Shown here: positions 35,585 to 48,504 of the stretch, one piece after another
Layout: each line of letters begins with the position of its first letter
Position numbering within the stretch: position 1 is the first letter of the stretch
Source: Camelus dromedarius
Taxonomy: Eukaryota
Reading direction: 5' to 3'
Assembly: GCF_036321535.1 (NCBI RefSeq)
Contig: NC_087452.1
Location: 46,314,001 to 46,378,000 of the forward strand
Length of the DNA stretch: 64,000 bases
Translations under genes and position numbers: made by a program
The notes under the pieces: model-generated
What the model was told of the DNA's origin: nothing
What the model saw: the letters and a program-made list of their open reading frames with translations, nothing else
The model's database searches: none

Positions 35585-37262
35585 ATGAGAAGATAGAGAA
35601 ATTTCTTTCAAATGAAAGAAAAAGGGAAAAAAAAAACCTTGGGGAAAAAACAGTAATGAAACAGATGATTTACCAGTTAGAGTTCAAAACATTAGTAATT
35701 AGAATGCTAACTGAACTTGGGAAAAGAATAGATGAACACAGTGAAGATTTTAACAAGGAACTAGAAAATACGAAAAGAACCAGTCAGAACAATACAATAC
35801 GATAAATGAAATTAGAAAAAAAAAAACATCTAGCAGGAATTAACAGCAGAATAGATGTACAGAGGAATGCATAAGTGATCTGGAAGATAGAATAATGGAA
35901 ATTACCCAATCAGAACTGCAAAAAAGGAAAACAAATTTTAAAAATGAGGACAATTTAAGGAACTTCTGGACAACATCAAGCATACTTACATTCACATGAT
36001 GGGGGTCCCAGAAGAAAAAGAAAGGGAGAAAGGGGTTAAAAATATATTCGATGAAACTATGGCTGAAAACTTCCTAACCCTGAAGAAGGAAACAGATATC
36101 CAGGTACAGGAATATTTTTTTTTTGGGATCTGTCTCCTAAGGCAAAGAAAACAAAAGAAAAAATAAACAAATGGGACCTAGTTAAACTAAAAAGCTTTTG
36201 CACAGCAAAGAACACCATCAACAAAATGAAAACGCAACCAGCTGAAGTGGAAAAATATTTGCAAATGATAAGGGGTTAATATCTAAATAAATATAAGGGG
36301 TTAATATCAAAAATATATAAACAACTCGAAGTCAAAAGAAAAGAACCCAATTTTAAAAATTGGCAGAAGATCTGAATAGACATTATTTCTAAAGAAGGCA
36401 TACAAACGGCCAACAGGCCCATGAAAAGATGCTCAATATCATGAATCATCAGAGAAATGCAAATTAAAACCACAGTGAGATACCACGTCATACCTGTCAG
36501 AACGGCCATCATCAAAAAGACCGCAGATAACAAATACTGACGAGGATGTGGAGAAAAAGGACCCCTAGTTCACTTTTGATGGGGATGTAAATTGCTGCAG
36601 CCATTATGGAAACTGGCATGGAGGTTCATAAAACTAAAAATAGAGCTATCATATGATTCAGTGATTCCACTCTTGGGTATATATTCAAAGAAAACAAAAA
36701 TGCTGATTCAAGAAGATGCATGCACCCCAATATTCTTGGTANNNNNNNNNNNNNNNNNNNNNNNNNNNNNNNNNNNNNNNNNNNNNNNNNNNNNNNNNNN
36801 NNNNNNNNNNNNNNNNNNNNNNNNNNNNNNNNNNNNNNNNNNNNNNNNNNNNNNNNNNNNNNNNNNNNNNNNNNAACTATGAATGGACCAGGATGGTATT
36901 ATGCTTAGTGAAATAAATCAGAGAAAGACAAATTATGATATTATCAGGTATACTTGAAATCTAAAAAATGAGACAAACAATTGAATATAACAAAACAGAA
37001 ACAGACTCACAGATACAGAGAACAAACTAATGGTTACCAGTGGGGACAGGGAACGGGGAGGGACAAGATGGGGGACAGGATTAAGAGGTACAAACTACTA
37101 CGTATAAAATAAATAAGCTATAATGATATATTGTACAACACAAGGGATATGGCTAATATTTTACAATAACTTTAAAAATGGGGTATAATCTATAAAATAC
37201 TGGATCACTCTGCTGTACACCTGAAACTAATATATTATAAATCAACTACAGTTCAACAAAAA
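35585..37262 (+). mobile_element. Degenerate L1: ORF1 remnant (~35585-36110) joined to ORF2 C-terminus and 3' UTR (~36111-37262); contains an N-gap
   Basis: ORF1-like motifs (MLTELGKRIDEHSE, MAENFxxLKKETDIQVQE) with frameshifts, then ORF2-like KINKWDLVKLKSFCTAK and KLKIELSYD..IPLLGIY. Confidence 0.85.
36742..36874. other. N-gap (133 nt) within L1
   Basis: Run of N. Confidence 1.
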
Positions 37263-37639
37263 AGGAAACTGCATACATACATAACTGAGTGCATTTATGC
37301 TCATTCACTCTGTGAAGTGAAACCAATTGCATTACGAATTAGATCCCCTGCCTTTGGTTTCCAGCTACATTGCCTACGAGCTTTGTGATCCCGGGGAACT
37401 GATGTAAGTTCTCTGAATGTTATTTCCAAAACATGAAAAATGATTTCTCCTGCTTCGACAGGGATGATGCAACACAATGAATTAACAGATACGAAGGTAC
37501 CTCAGGAAGGGTGTGCTCACATATTTAAACGTTTATTTATTATACTATTATTACAACAGGAAATTGATTTAGGGGCATTCTGATCTACAGTATTTCCACA
37601 CGTTAAATAATATGCCAGGTGTGGACCTGATGCTTTTAG

Positions 37640-38092
37640 ATATAGTGTGTTTTAAATATAGTATCTGTGTGTATGCCCCGACCCAGAGAACGTGGTGAAA
37701 ATAATGCTGCATGATTTCCAAGACTGGGTCGCAGAAGACATTTCATCTTCCACCTTCTGTGCTGGAACACTTGCTGTTGGAACTCTGAGCTGCCATGTGG
37801 GAACTCTAAGCCCCTTAAGGTTGCCATGATGATGAGGCCTTTTGGAGAAATGATGTGGAGAGGCCCTGAGATCCTGTGAGCCCCGACCGCTTGGATCACC
37901 TCGGCGTGGGAACCAAACATGCAAGTGAAGAAGTCGTTAGGTAGTTCCAGGCTTCATCCACCCAAGTCAGCCCCAGCCATTTGAGTCTTTCCAGCTGCGC
38001 TTCCAGGCAGTACAGCACAGACCAGCCATGCTGGCTGCACCCTGTCCCAGCTCCTGACCTGCAAAGTTCATAAGCAAAACAAGATAGTCATG
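37640..38092 (+). mobile_element. MaLR LTR (MLT1E/F-like)
   Basis: GCTGCATGATTTCCAAGACTGGGTC..GCTGGAACACTTGCT..CTGAGCTGCCATGT..CTCCTGACCTGCAAAG. Confidence 0.7.
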
Positions 38093-38096
38093 GATA

Positions 38097-38553
38097 TGAA
38101 AAAGTAGGAAACTAGCACGATGGCTACAGAGTTGTTCAGCTGTCCCTGCAGCTAAATGGATCTTACGACTAACACGCTCCCCTCCCTGTGCCCTGTTTTC
38201 TTAGAATAACTTATCCTTTTACCCTAGAAGTCTTGAAAGAAGGTCAGGGACTGAACCTCAGGAAAACAGGCAGACCCTCCACAATTCCTTCATAACAACA
38301 GCAAGTTCTCATCAGGATGAGAGGAATGTCGCCCCTGCTCGCACCCTGATGGTCGTCACCCTCCTGTTCCCAATTTTGTATGAAATCCCAGGACGCTTCC
38401 CTCAAGACGGGCTCACAGTCTTTACGACATCAGCCTGCTGTGACTGCCTTTCCCTGACAAAGCGATAAAGCTGTTCTTTTCAGATTCTCCCCAAACTCTG
38501 CCTTCGACTCTCAGTTCAGCCATCGGGGAACAGAGGCTGGTTCTTCAGCAACA
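38097..38553 (+). mobile_element. ERV1-type solo LTR (457 bp) with 4-bp TSD
   Basis: TG...CA termini (TGAAAAAG...CAGCAACA) flanked by GATA at 38093-38096 and 38554-38557; degenerate TATA (TATGAAA) and poly(A) (GATAAAG). Confidence 0.8.
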
Positions 38554-41500
38554 GATACACCACTGAATTCTGGAGTGGTGCATTACACAATAATAAGTAG
38601 TCAGAACCATTTCTTAATCAGTTTCCACAAAACCCCGCGTAATCCGCATCTTCACAGACAGAATCTGAGAGTCAGAAAACTTGAGTAACTTGCAGATCTA
38701 TCTTTGATGGCAGTGGATCTGGGGTTAGAACTCAGGTCTGCCTGACGGTGGACTCTTTCTTCTAGCTGCAACTGGGCTGACCCCTGTGGGCACGTGTGGT
38801 CCCAGCCCTCTAAGTCCGAAGGCCGGAGGGGTGGGAGGAGAGACGTGCCTTCTGGCTTTGATGTTTGTTTGTTTCTGGGCTGTCTACAGGATGATCATTT
38901 GAGGAGCCTTCCACATTTGTTATTATCTGCCTCAGACATCTTAATTAAATGCTTTGGAGGCCAGTACCGTACCATCAAATCTCTAAGCACTTTTCTCTCT
39001 TGGTGGGGGGAAAAATAAACGTAAACTAAAATTTCTGCTCACTGTTCAGATTCTAGCTATTGATTTCGGCTCTTGTTTTTAACCTGTGTTCTCCCTGAGA
39101 GCGGAAGTCCCATGAAGAGATAAGAATAAATAAAAGCAAGTTGGTGCTGTCTGGGTGAATGGCACCCAGAAGCCCAATAAGGGCTTGGGCTGATGGTTCA
39201 ATACGAGAAACGTTAAGAGACCTCAAGTTCAAACTTGTTTGCACTTGAAAAATCCTTTCTTGGAACCCCCATAGAAGATCTTTCACAGGGAAGTTGACTC
39301 TACATATACCCTCACGAGAAGAATTAGAAAGACAAGGATTGAGAGACAAATCAAGAAGGCAAAAGGATGGTGAATCCAGCAGTGAACATTTCATCAACTA
39401 GTCTTTTACATGGAAAAAGAATTCACTCCCTCAGTTTTACCAGATAAAGAGCCCAAGGCCCTGAGAGCGCACGTGGTGCTTCCCGGGTGGCAGAGGCGAG
39501 GTCGGTCCTTGGAGGAGAATTCTCCCTTCTCGACTCTCGCTCCCCAAAGCTGCCTTATTTGTTTCTATATTCTTCACGTTTATTTTCCTTTGATGCAGTT
39601 GCTGTGATGGATGCCTGTTTTGCATAAAATGGGCCACTGTGGTTCTGTGAGGCTGTATTTAGAGTAAGACTGGTTAACAGATTTTTGGCGAGAGGGGGAG
39701 GCGGAGGAAGAAGGAACACGGTTTGTTTAAAAGATGAGATACCAACAGCACGGCAGCAGCTGCGGCTCCCACTGGGCGATCTGCATAGGTTATTTTTCAT
39801 TTAATCTTCCCTGAGGTCAGTTTCCTTACTTTCCATATTTGTGCAAGGACTGACATTTAAAGACTTTAAGTTACCTTGGAAATGGCAAAGCTCTGGCTTG
39901 AACACCCATTTACTTTTTTTCCCCAAGCCTATGTCTGTTCTGCTGTGCTGGTGTTTCCTGTGATATTCAAGGTGATCTCAGTTCTCAGACAGGGTATATT
40001 TCAATATTTATGTGTTTATTTAAGACTGCATTAGAAAAATAATACAATAGGCATATAAAGCTCAAATGTGCATGGGTCTCATTTCTTATAACAGCATTAA
40101 GATACATATTTAAGTTTTTAAAAGTACATAGAGTTAAAGAAAAATATATACTAAGTAATCACATAAATAATAATGTAAAATAGTTCAGGTAAAAATATGA
40201 AGTAGTATGCAATGAAGTTGGAAGTCTGAGAAATTCTGCACTGTGTTAGACTGTTGTATCATTGATTGGCTGTTGGCTTTCAAGGATTTCAAAGAATTTG
40301 GTCAGATTTACTGAGACTTAACACAAGTGAGGTATAGATTTAAAGTGGTATCAGTGACATTAGGGTTAGAGTTTATGCTATTAAAGAAAAAGTCTCACTC
40401 TTTCGAACGTATCTGTTTCACTTAGTAGGCATGTCAATCTCACATATTCACAAAGTGTCATTTTCTGGTGAGGACACTCTCCATCTCTCCATCCATCTGT
40501 CCATCCATCCATTCATCCATCTGTCTATTCATTCAGTGGAGTTTATTGGGTACCTGAAATATAGTAGATACAGTGTAATTAATGCACATCCCCTATGTTA
40601 CAATGGCTCGTGTCTGCTGGTAGCAACTGTTATGTTATGCAAACATTTATTCTTGACATGAATCTTTGTGAGCAAAGTGAGAGGGGGTCAACTGAGGACT
40701 GAATTACTCTCCAAGTCTTCAGAGCTCTGACAAAATTTCATAGTGCAGAGAATTCCACTGTGGATAATAGGCTGGCACTAAATCCAGTCCACATGCAGAA
40801 CAGATTAAAAAAAAACAACAAACCTGCTACCTACATCTGAGAAATCATGGGACTCTAGTTTGGGGTAAAGGTTGGCACCTCACAATGTGAAAAATCTAGC
40901 ATAATTATGACCCAAAGCTTGTGCTATTTTAACAATATCCTTCTTTGTTAGATAGAATTATTTTTAGTAACAATCCTCGTAACAATAATGACCAAAAGAG
41001 AAACACAGAATAATGGATTATACGTTTTAATTACACTAATGTATTCTTTGAACAAAGGGGAAGATGTATGGTTCACTCATAGTAATGAATAATAACATTA
41101 CGGTTGATTTTTGAGGCTTGCTTTCTGTTAATTTGTGGATAACCTCATCAAAATTAAGCTTAACACATTCCTTAAAAAAAACAAAGGGGCTAGCTAGATC
41201 CTTAAAAATCTGTTTCACTCACAATTGATCAGAGAACACATTTGGTTAATTTTAATTTCAAAAAGTTCAGCATATACTGAAGTAGTTATGAAAAAATCTT
41301 AAACAGAAGGATCCATTTGGCTGAGATGATAAAAATTCCATTTGATAATAAATCTCCCCCAATGCCATTACCCATGTATTTGTTTCTTCAGGAGAGAGTG
41401 ATGGATGGTAAGGGCTTAAATCCGTGTTTCTGCCGTTGAATTGTAAACATGAAACACCAGGCAGTGACAGAACTCATTGCTCAAGTTCTGTTTCTTGTCT

Positions 41501-42611
41501 CAGCAAATCACCGTGCCATCATTGCTAATTTCCAAGCCACTGTTTAAACTGAGGGATATGCAGGACAGCAGGGCCGAGAAACAGGAGCTCAGCCTGAAGT
41601 CAGCTCGGAGGATTCAGACCGTCCCCAAGTGACTGTCAAAGTGAATTCGTATAGCTGGGTCTAGGTGCTCTGGGTCAGGCTGTCTGACTGAGGATTTTCT
41701 GAATTTCATGTAGAAATAATAAAATATGCTAATTTTCTGCTTCTATATATATACTTTTAAAAAATTCAACTATAACCGTAACAAGTGCTTAGAACTTAAG
41801 CAGCAACATAGTTTTTTTAGGGAAGAAGATCTCAGTATCACTGGCATTATTCAGATGTGCTAGCGTGTGGCGTTAATACACAGTAGGCTGACTTTTAGTC
41901 CATTTTATTCCTGTTTTAGCCTTGTCCGTGGGCACCACATCCCTGCCTTACTGACTGCGGTGAGGGCCAGCCACTCCTGGGCCTCCCTCGGTGTGCCCCT
42001 GGTCTCGGGCAATCTTGTTAGATGGTAGAGCTGAATCTTGTCTAATCAGGCCCTTGGAATTGGGCCTGGCCTTTCCAGTAAGGTTAATAATGTTGTTAGT
42101 AACAGTAACAATAAACATCTAATTCCTGGAATGAGACTAAGTTTCCTGGGAGAAAGCAGAAGTGTGTCCAGGTAAGGACTTCTGCCTCCCACCTGCCCTC
42201 TGGGATTCCCTGGTGTCAGGGGTGACAGCAGGTCACCTTCTCAGTGCAGGGGAGTGAGACACACTGTGTTCTGCTGTTCTCATTTTACTGACGGATAAGC
42301 TGGCTTCAGCTGTTGACTTGCAGCTTCAGCGATGGCTTTCAGTTCCTACACCCACGTCTCCTCATTTGGAAGAGCGCAGATGCCACGCTGGATCAGGAGG
42401 CACACGTGCACATGGCTACAGGGGCCAGGCCGGCAGGACTGTGAGTGAAGAAAGCAGGCCGCCGCCCAGAGGGAGGGGGTGGAGACTGAGAACCAGAGGG
42501 AGCTCCCACCTTCTGTCCAAAGGGAATAGACCACCTATTTCTTTTTGGCCAGTCACTGCCACATGCAGGCTCAGTGCTGCCCAATATTTTAGGTTTTCAA
42601 AAAATATCACT

Positions 42612-42699
42612 GGGAGGGTGTAGCTCAGTGGTAGAGTGTGTGCTTAGCATGCACGAGGCCCTGGGTTCCATCCCTAGTACCTCCATTAAAACAAAAAAA
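42612..42699 (+). mobile_element. Vic-1-like SINE (short-tail form)
   Basis: GGGAGGGTGTAGCTCAGTGGTAGAG...CTTAGCATGC...GGTTCCATCCCTAGTACCTCCATTAAAAC. Confidence 0.88.
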
Positions 42700-44679
42700 T
42701 CAATTGTCTCTTCTATTTTAAACCTCATGTTCTGAAATGTTGGCAATGAATTTAAAATACTGAAAACCTATATAAGCCAAACAAGGTAAATCTGCCAGCC
42801 AGTTTATGGTCTCCAAACTTGGTGCGCGTTCCAATCCTTGGGTTTTGTTCATGGTTCCACCTTGCTGGAAGAAGAGAGGCTTGGCTGTATTTCCTGAGCA
42901 GGGCATCCAAAGAATCTGATCTGATGCCAAGCTCATAGCTTGGACTTTCCCGGGTCAGTGAGTGCGTTGCTGGTTTGGTCCGGATCTGTTTAACCCGTCC
43001 AGATCTCGTCCACCAGGCTGGGAGAAGAGGGGGTTACCTTTCATCTGTGATCTCCATTCTGTGCCGTGGCTTTGCGCTCCATTTCGGATCAAGTTGACTT
43101 TGGCTATTAGGACATAAATACAAATAGAAATGGAAATGAAACAAAGGGAAACTCCCAAAGGAGACAGAGAAAATGAAAGTGCAGCGTCGTCTCGTGCTAA
43201 TAAGCCTTTTTATTTTTATGATGAGACATAGAGCCATACCCTTTTTAAAGGGATACATTAAATAAGGACTGTCTTTACTGTTTGCTTTTTATATACATGT
43301 GCATGTGCGTGTATGTGTGTGCATGCGTGCTAGCATTTCCAACTTGAGCAGTTAATTATTACGGATGCTTTTTTTCTTTTTTTAACTTGCAACTCACTGC
43401 AGCTCACTCTTACTGCCCACTTTAGTTCTTCTTCTGTTATTGCTTTGGTATTTTTCTAGAATGTACAAAATATTATTTTAAAGAAACTCTGCAAAGAACT
43501 TTCAAAGGTTAACAAGGGATGGGAAGGCATTGAAATTAAGAAGGGGACCCAGGGAAGCAGGAAGCCGGAGAAGGCAAAGGCAGGGGCAATAAAGCCTGAA
43601 CAGAATTATTCCTCATTTTAGTCATTAATCAAAGCTATTGCTCCTTGTTATCCTGCTGGGTCCTGGTGGGCTCACCTCTACGACAGAAACCTGTGCTCTC
43701 TCGTTCTTTTGTTCCATGTTCCCTTTGTGGTGGGAGAAGGCACTTAACTCAAATAGAATGCCATTTCCGGAGAAATTAAAACCCGTATTGCAAGTCAGTG
43801 TGTGAGAATTCTCTCTTCCCCAATTTTCCATGCCATAAAGGACATTTTCATTTGCATTGTTTGCTGTGAACAATTAAAGTGGAGGAGAGAGCATGCTCCT
43901 TTGTAAATTAAACCTTTTCAGAAGAGGATTAGAAGTGATCCTATAAACAGGCTTTTTAGTGTGAAAGCATGATCTTTAACTCTGAATTGAAAACCAATAC
44001 CACGCGGAAACTGAAGCCAGAGCATTTAATTAATCTACAGTTTATCCTCTTGTACTGGGATAAACAGAAAGAAACTATAATTTTCTTAGGACGTTTCTGT
44101 TGGATTTTTAGGGCCAATCACATTAACTGAGAAGGTAATTATTAGTGCAAAGGACTGCTTTGCAATCACAGGAGCAATACTGGAAGTCTCCATGCTTGAA
44201 ATTTAATCTGCCTCTCACTGCTGTGATCTCATAAAAGGGTACCCGAATTTCAGCCGTTCACAAAGTACTCCTTGCATTTGTCTGTACTTGCCTGTTTTTA
44301 TTTAACTCCTGGAAAAGAAAGTGTCTGCATCTGTCATTTAAAACAATTATTCTAAAATATTGCCTCATTGGTGAAAGGAACAAAGCATTCTTGGCAGGGA
44401 CCAAGAAATGATTTATACATAACACTTGCAGTGAATAGTTCACTTTTTAATTTGCATACATAGACGCAAGCCAAGAGAAACCAGGAATGTAATTTCACAA
44501 TCTGTATGAGAATTTCAAGGCTAAATGTCAAAGACAAAAGAGTTTAGGGAAGAAGAAAAAAATCGACATTAACGACAAAGGGATGATCATCCTTGTAACT
44601 TACACTATTTTCACATCCCTAATTATTGAAATAGGTGTCTTTTTAGGACAGAATTTGTTATACAGAATCCTTGTGGGTT

Positions 44680-44846
44680 TTCAGCCTCAGGTCTTGCTTG
44701 AAATATGGGAACTTGGGCCCTACTCCAAATCAATGAATCAGAATATCTAATTTATGAGCCTGGAATGGGATCTAGGAAACTGAATTTTAGACAAGCGACC
44801 TAGAGGACTGTGATGCAGAGCACATTTTGGGAAACCCTGCACTAAA
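44680..44846. mobile_element. MER5B-like fragment
   Basis: GGGCCCTACTCC..AATGAATCAGAAT..TTTTGGGAAACCCTG. Confidence 0.5.
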
Positions 44847-45034
44847 GCTGTAACAGATTATCCATGTTTATCAGACATTTTGCTAGCAGCTAAGTGCTTT
44901 TTAAACTCAGTAGAGAAAGAGATTGTTCTTCAAGTACAGAGATGCTCTGACAGAGGGAGGTGGTCATTCTAAGAACTGGCAGCTTTGACCTGCCCTTCAA
45001 CCTTAAGAGGTAACCCAGGAAGCATCCCCGTGAG

Positions 45035-45040
<6 letters not shown>

Positions 45041-45074
<34 letters not shown>
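45041..45074. repeat. (GT)17 microsatellite at the L1 tail
   Basis: Direct read; lies inside the L1 TSD pair. Confidence 0.95.
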
Positions 45075-45076
<2 letters not shown>

Positions 45077-45444
45077 TTATTGAAGTATAGTCAGTTTACA
45101 GTGTTGATCAATTTCTGGTGCTTAATGCTTCAGTCATGCATGAACATACGTATATTTGCCTTCATGTTCTTTTTCATTACAGGTTACTACAAGATATTAA
45201 ATATAGTCCCCTGTGCTATACAGTATGAACTTGTTGTTTATCTATTTTATATATAGTAGTTAGTATCTGCAAATCCTGAACTCCCAATTTATCTCTTCCC
45301 ACCCCCACCCCCCACTGGTAACCGTAAGTTTGCTTTCTATGCCTGTGAGTGTTTCTGCTTTATAAATAAGTTCGTTTGTCTTTTTTTTAGATTTGGCATA
45401 TGAGTGATATCATATGGTATTTTTCTTTCTGTCTGGCTAACTTC

Positions 45445-45601
45445 NNNNNNNNNNNNNNNNNNNNNNNNNNNNNNNNNNNNNNNNNNNNNNNNNNNNNNNN
45501 NNNNNNNNNNNNNNNNNNNNNNNNNNNNNNNNNNNNNNNNNNNNNNNNNNNNNNNNNNNNNNNNNNNNNNNNNNNNNNNNNNNNNNNNNNNNNNNNNNNN
45601 N
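45445..45601. other. N-gap (157 nt) within L1
   Basis: Run of N. Confidence 1.
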
Positions 45602-45821
45602 NTATAAATAGTGCTACTATGAACATTGGGGTGCATGTGTCTTTTTGAATTAGGATTCCCTCAGGATATATGCCCAGGAATGGGATTGCTGGATCATAGG
45701 GTAAGTCTATATTGTATTTTTTGAGGAATCTCAATACTGTTTTCCATGATGGCCAAACTGCATTCTCACCAGCAGTGTAGGAGGGTTCCCTTTTCTCCAC
45801 ACCCTCTCCAGCATTTATTGT

Positions 45822-45974
45822 NNNNNNNNNNNNNNNNNNNNNNNNNNNNNNNNNNNNNNNNNNNNNNNNNNNNNNNNNNNNNNNNNNNNNNNNNNNNNNN
45901 NNNNNNNNNNNNNNNNNNNNNNNNNNNNNNNNNNNNNNNNNNNNNNNNNNNNNNNNNNNNNNNNNNNNNNNNNN
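45822..45974. other. N-gap (153 nt) within L1
   Basis: Run of N. Confidence 1.
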
Positions 45975-46320
45975 ATCTTCGGCTCATTTTTGGATTGGGT
46001 TGTTTGTTTTTTTCTTATTAAGTTGTATGAGCTCTTTATATATTCTGGAAATTAAGCCCCTGTCAGTCTCATCTTTTGCAAAAATTTTCTCCCATTCCGT
46101 AGGTTGTCGTTTTGTTTTGCTTATGGTTTCCTTTGCAAAAGCTTTCCTTTGTGCAAAAGCTTGTAAGTTTAATTAGGTCCTATTTGTTTATTTTTGCTTT
46201 TATTTCTATTGCCTGGGGAGACTTCCCTGGGAGAACATGGCTGAGATGTATGTTGGATAATGCTTTGCCTATGCTTTCTTCTAGGAGGTTTATAGTGTTT
46301 TTTCTTATGTTTAAGTCTCT

Positions 46321-46671
46321 TTTTGTGCATATATATTTTTATTGAAGTATAGTCAGTTTACAATGTTGTATCAGTTTCTGGTGTACAACGTAATGTTTTG
46401 GTCATACATGAACATACATATATTTGTTTTCATATCCTTTTTCACTGTAAGTTGCTACAAGATACTGAATATAGTTCCCTGTGCTATACAGTATGAACTT
46501 GTTGTTTATCAGATTTTGTGAGAATCCTCCTGCATTTTGAAGCGAGAAACACTCTGCCAGAGTTCAGTAGGTGTTCTGTGCGATTCAGTGGGTTTGTAGA
46601 TGCAATTCTTGGTGTGTTTGTGGGAGAGGGTGAGCTGGGAGTCTCTCTACTCCGCCGTCTTGGCACTTCCC
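46321..46671 (-). mobile_element. L1 mini-element: 162-nt L1 5' end fused to 189-nt L1 3' end, nested in the older L1
   Basis: TSD TGTTTAAGTCT (46308-46318 / 46672-46682). Starts GGGAAGTGCCAAGACGGCGGAGTAG (YY1-site-like), ends AATAAA plus A-rich tail. Confidence 0.8.
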
Positions 46672-46984
46672 TGTTTAAGTCTTTAAGTCGCTCCGGAGCT
46701 GTTGACAACTAGCCCACCTGTCTCCTCCAGCGTAATTCAACAGAAGTCCTCCTGGTTCCCTCCTGGGAAGAACTACAAAGTTAACAGAAATATTCTTGTG
46801 AGAATTTCACTGCTGTTTCGGGGGACTTGTAACTAATCAGGACAAACCCGATTTCAGTCTAACCAGCTGTTCAAGGCCATTGTCTGTTCTGATTAGCCAT
46901 AGCCCCAGCCATCTCATTAGTGGATATTTTATATAACCAGTGTTTTTATTGAATTCTTGTGGCCAACAGCAGTATTTGGCTGCT

Positions 46985-47400
46985 TAAGGACTCTTCCCAG
47001 CTCAATTTTTGCCTTCTTGCTTTCCACTCTGAAGGATGGTAAAGTCCATGTTGCTTTTCCCACTTCCCTTGCAGCCAAGAATGGCCATGTCAGAGAGCTT
47101 TGAACATGGAGATGAAAGAGGATGTCTTCTGGGTCCTTCTAAGAAGGATTTTTTTCTCCCTGATGAGGTCAGGAGGGTATCCAAAGAGAGCTTCCCTTCC
47201 ATCCTGGCTGCCCATGGGAGCCATCACCCAAGGAAGTGATGCTGGAGGTGACAGCAGCCGCTCACCTTCCCAGGGCAGAGTCCAAGAGAACCTCAGACAC
47301 CAGTCCTCCACGTGTTCCCGGCAGAGCTGACAGACTGACCTTGGAACCTACTCCAGACTCGTTAAAAATCGATGTCTTGAATTTTAGGTCTCACTGTAGT
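46985..47400 (+). mobile_element. Old MaLR LTR (MLT1J/K-like)
   Basis: TTTCCCACTTCCCTTGCAGCCAAG..TGGCCATGT..GAGATGAAAGAGGATGTCTTCTGG motif series. Confidence 0.55.
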
Positions 47401-48227
47401 TTAGTATTTTTGCTTCGTTTACCCAAGAGCATTCTCTCACTGACGTTGTCCACAACAAGCCTCTTTCTTCTTCTCTGCGCCATCTTCTCTTAGTGGAATA
47501 TTTTCCCAAGGAAACTTTTTTTTTTAAAGTAATATTTCAGTTTCTAACTGGATGAACCATGGTATAATTTGTACACAGACACACCTCAGATTCAAGATCA
47601 AACTATTAGAACATCCTAAGTGGAATTCTGTCACCTGCGCAAGACCTGAAAACTATCTTCTTACCCATCATTTTATTAATTGATTGATCTCGACCTTGTC
47701 TTACTCTGAAATGTGTTTAGAAAAACTTACAAGTATTTGCCAATTATAGACACATTACATAAGAAGAATTAGGATGGAATCTGAAAGGAAACAAGGGTTA
47801 GGGCATCCCATAGAGCCTGGAGACAAGAAGAGAGAAAACACAGTACCTGAGACCCTCTGGGGTTGGGACGCGTATTTGGTTTTAAACCGAGTCATCATTA
47901 TTCAAAGCCAGCCAATTGTTCAGAACAATTGTAACTATTCCTGATTCTAATGTCAGGAAGGATGTGTTTTTTCGAGGATCCTTGTCAGTGGAGCATTGTG
48001 TAGTGGGGTCAGGCTGTGAGATGAGGCGCTCCTGCACACTGGCTGGCGGGCGGCACCCCTCCTGCCAGCATACATGGCCCTTCCTGGAGCTGTCAGACAG
48101 CCCGAAGTGAGGCAGGAGGGGGACGACAGACCACTAAAAGGGGATTTCGGGAGCACACTCCGATAACCCTTGCCTAGCTCAAATAGATGGAATCTAATTT
48201 TTCCCAGAAAGTGCTGTGATTTTAGTA

Positions 48228-48435
48228 TAAAGATTAACAGCATAGAGTCTGATGCCAGGCTGCCTGGCTTTGAGTCCTAGCCTTGCTGCCTCTTGGTGGA
48301 ATGACCACGGACAAGTTATATAATCCTTCTGTGCCTCAGTTTCCCCGTAGGGATGGTAACACTTAGTTCCTAGAGTTTTGTGGGAACGGTGTGTGTTAGA
48401 GTGCCAGGCACAGAGAAAGCATTACGTGAATGTGA
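48228..48435 (+). mobile_element. MIR
   Basis: CTGCCTGGCTTTGAGTCC..GGACAAGTTA..CTTCTGTGCCTCAGTTTCCCC core. Confidence 0.8.
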
Positions 48436-48504
48436 TGATCCTATTTAGGGCATGGAACTAAACCATCCAGAATGTTCCACACCCAACGGCAATAAGGAGG
48501 GACA

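Larger units (their letters stand above)
45075..46318 (-). mobile_element. 5'-truncated L1 (ORF2 end + 3' UTR) with two N-gaps and a (CA)n tail
   Basis: ORF2-like NKCWRGCGEK and IDLPYDPAIPFLGIYP; short TSD GAGCTGTT at 45032-45039 / 46696-46703. Confidence 0.88.

Noticed and set aside
36276-36916. ORFs in L1 regions (also 45337-46345) and ORFs spanning N-gaps
   Set aside because: Frameshifted L1 ORF2 remnants, or artificially extended through Xs.
42612-42685. tRNA-Ala(AGC)-like gene (also 53760-53835)
   Set aside because: These are SINE heads: degraded B box (GGTTCCATCC), broken stems, A-rich tail, and 12 dispersed copies.
41300-44400. Repeat-poor, TAAT-rich upstream block as a conserved enhancer
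   Set aside because: Plausible, but cannot be supported without cross-species alignment; short motifs alone are expected by chance.
45445-45974. N-runs whose length roughly equals the missing L1 sequence
   Set aside because: Assembly gaps or masking in repetitive DNA; no biological signal.
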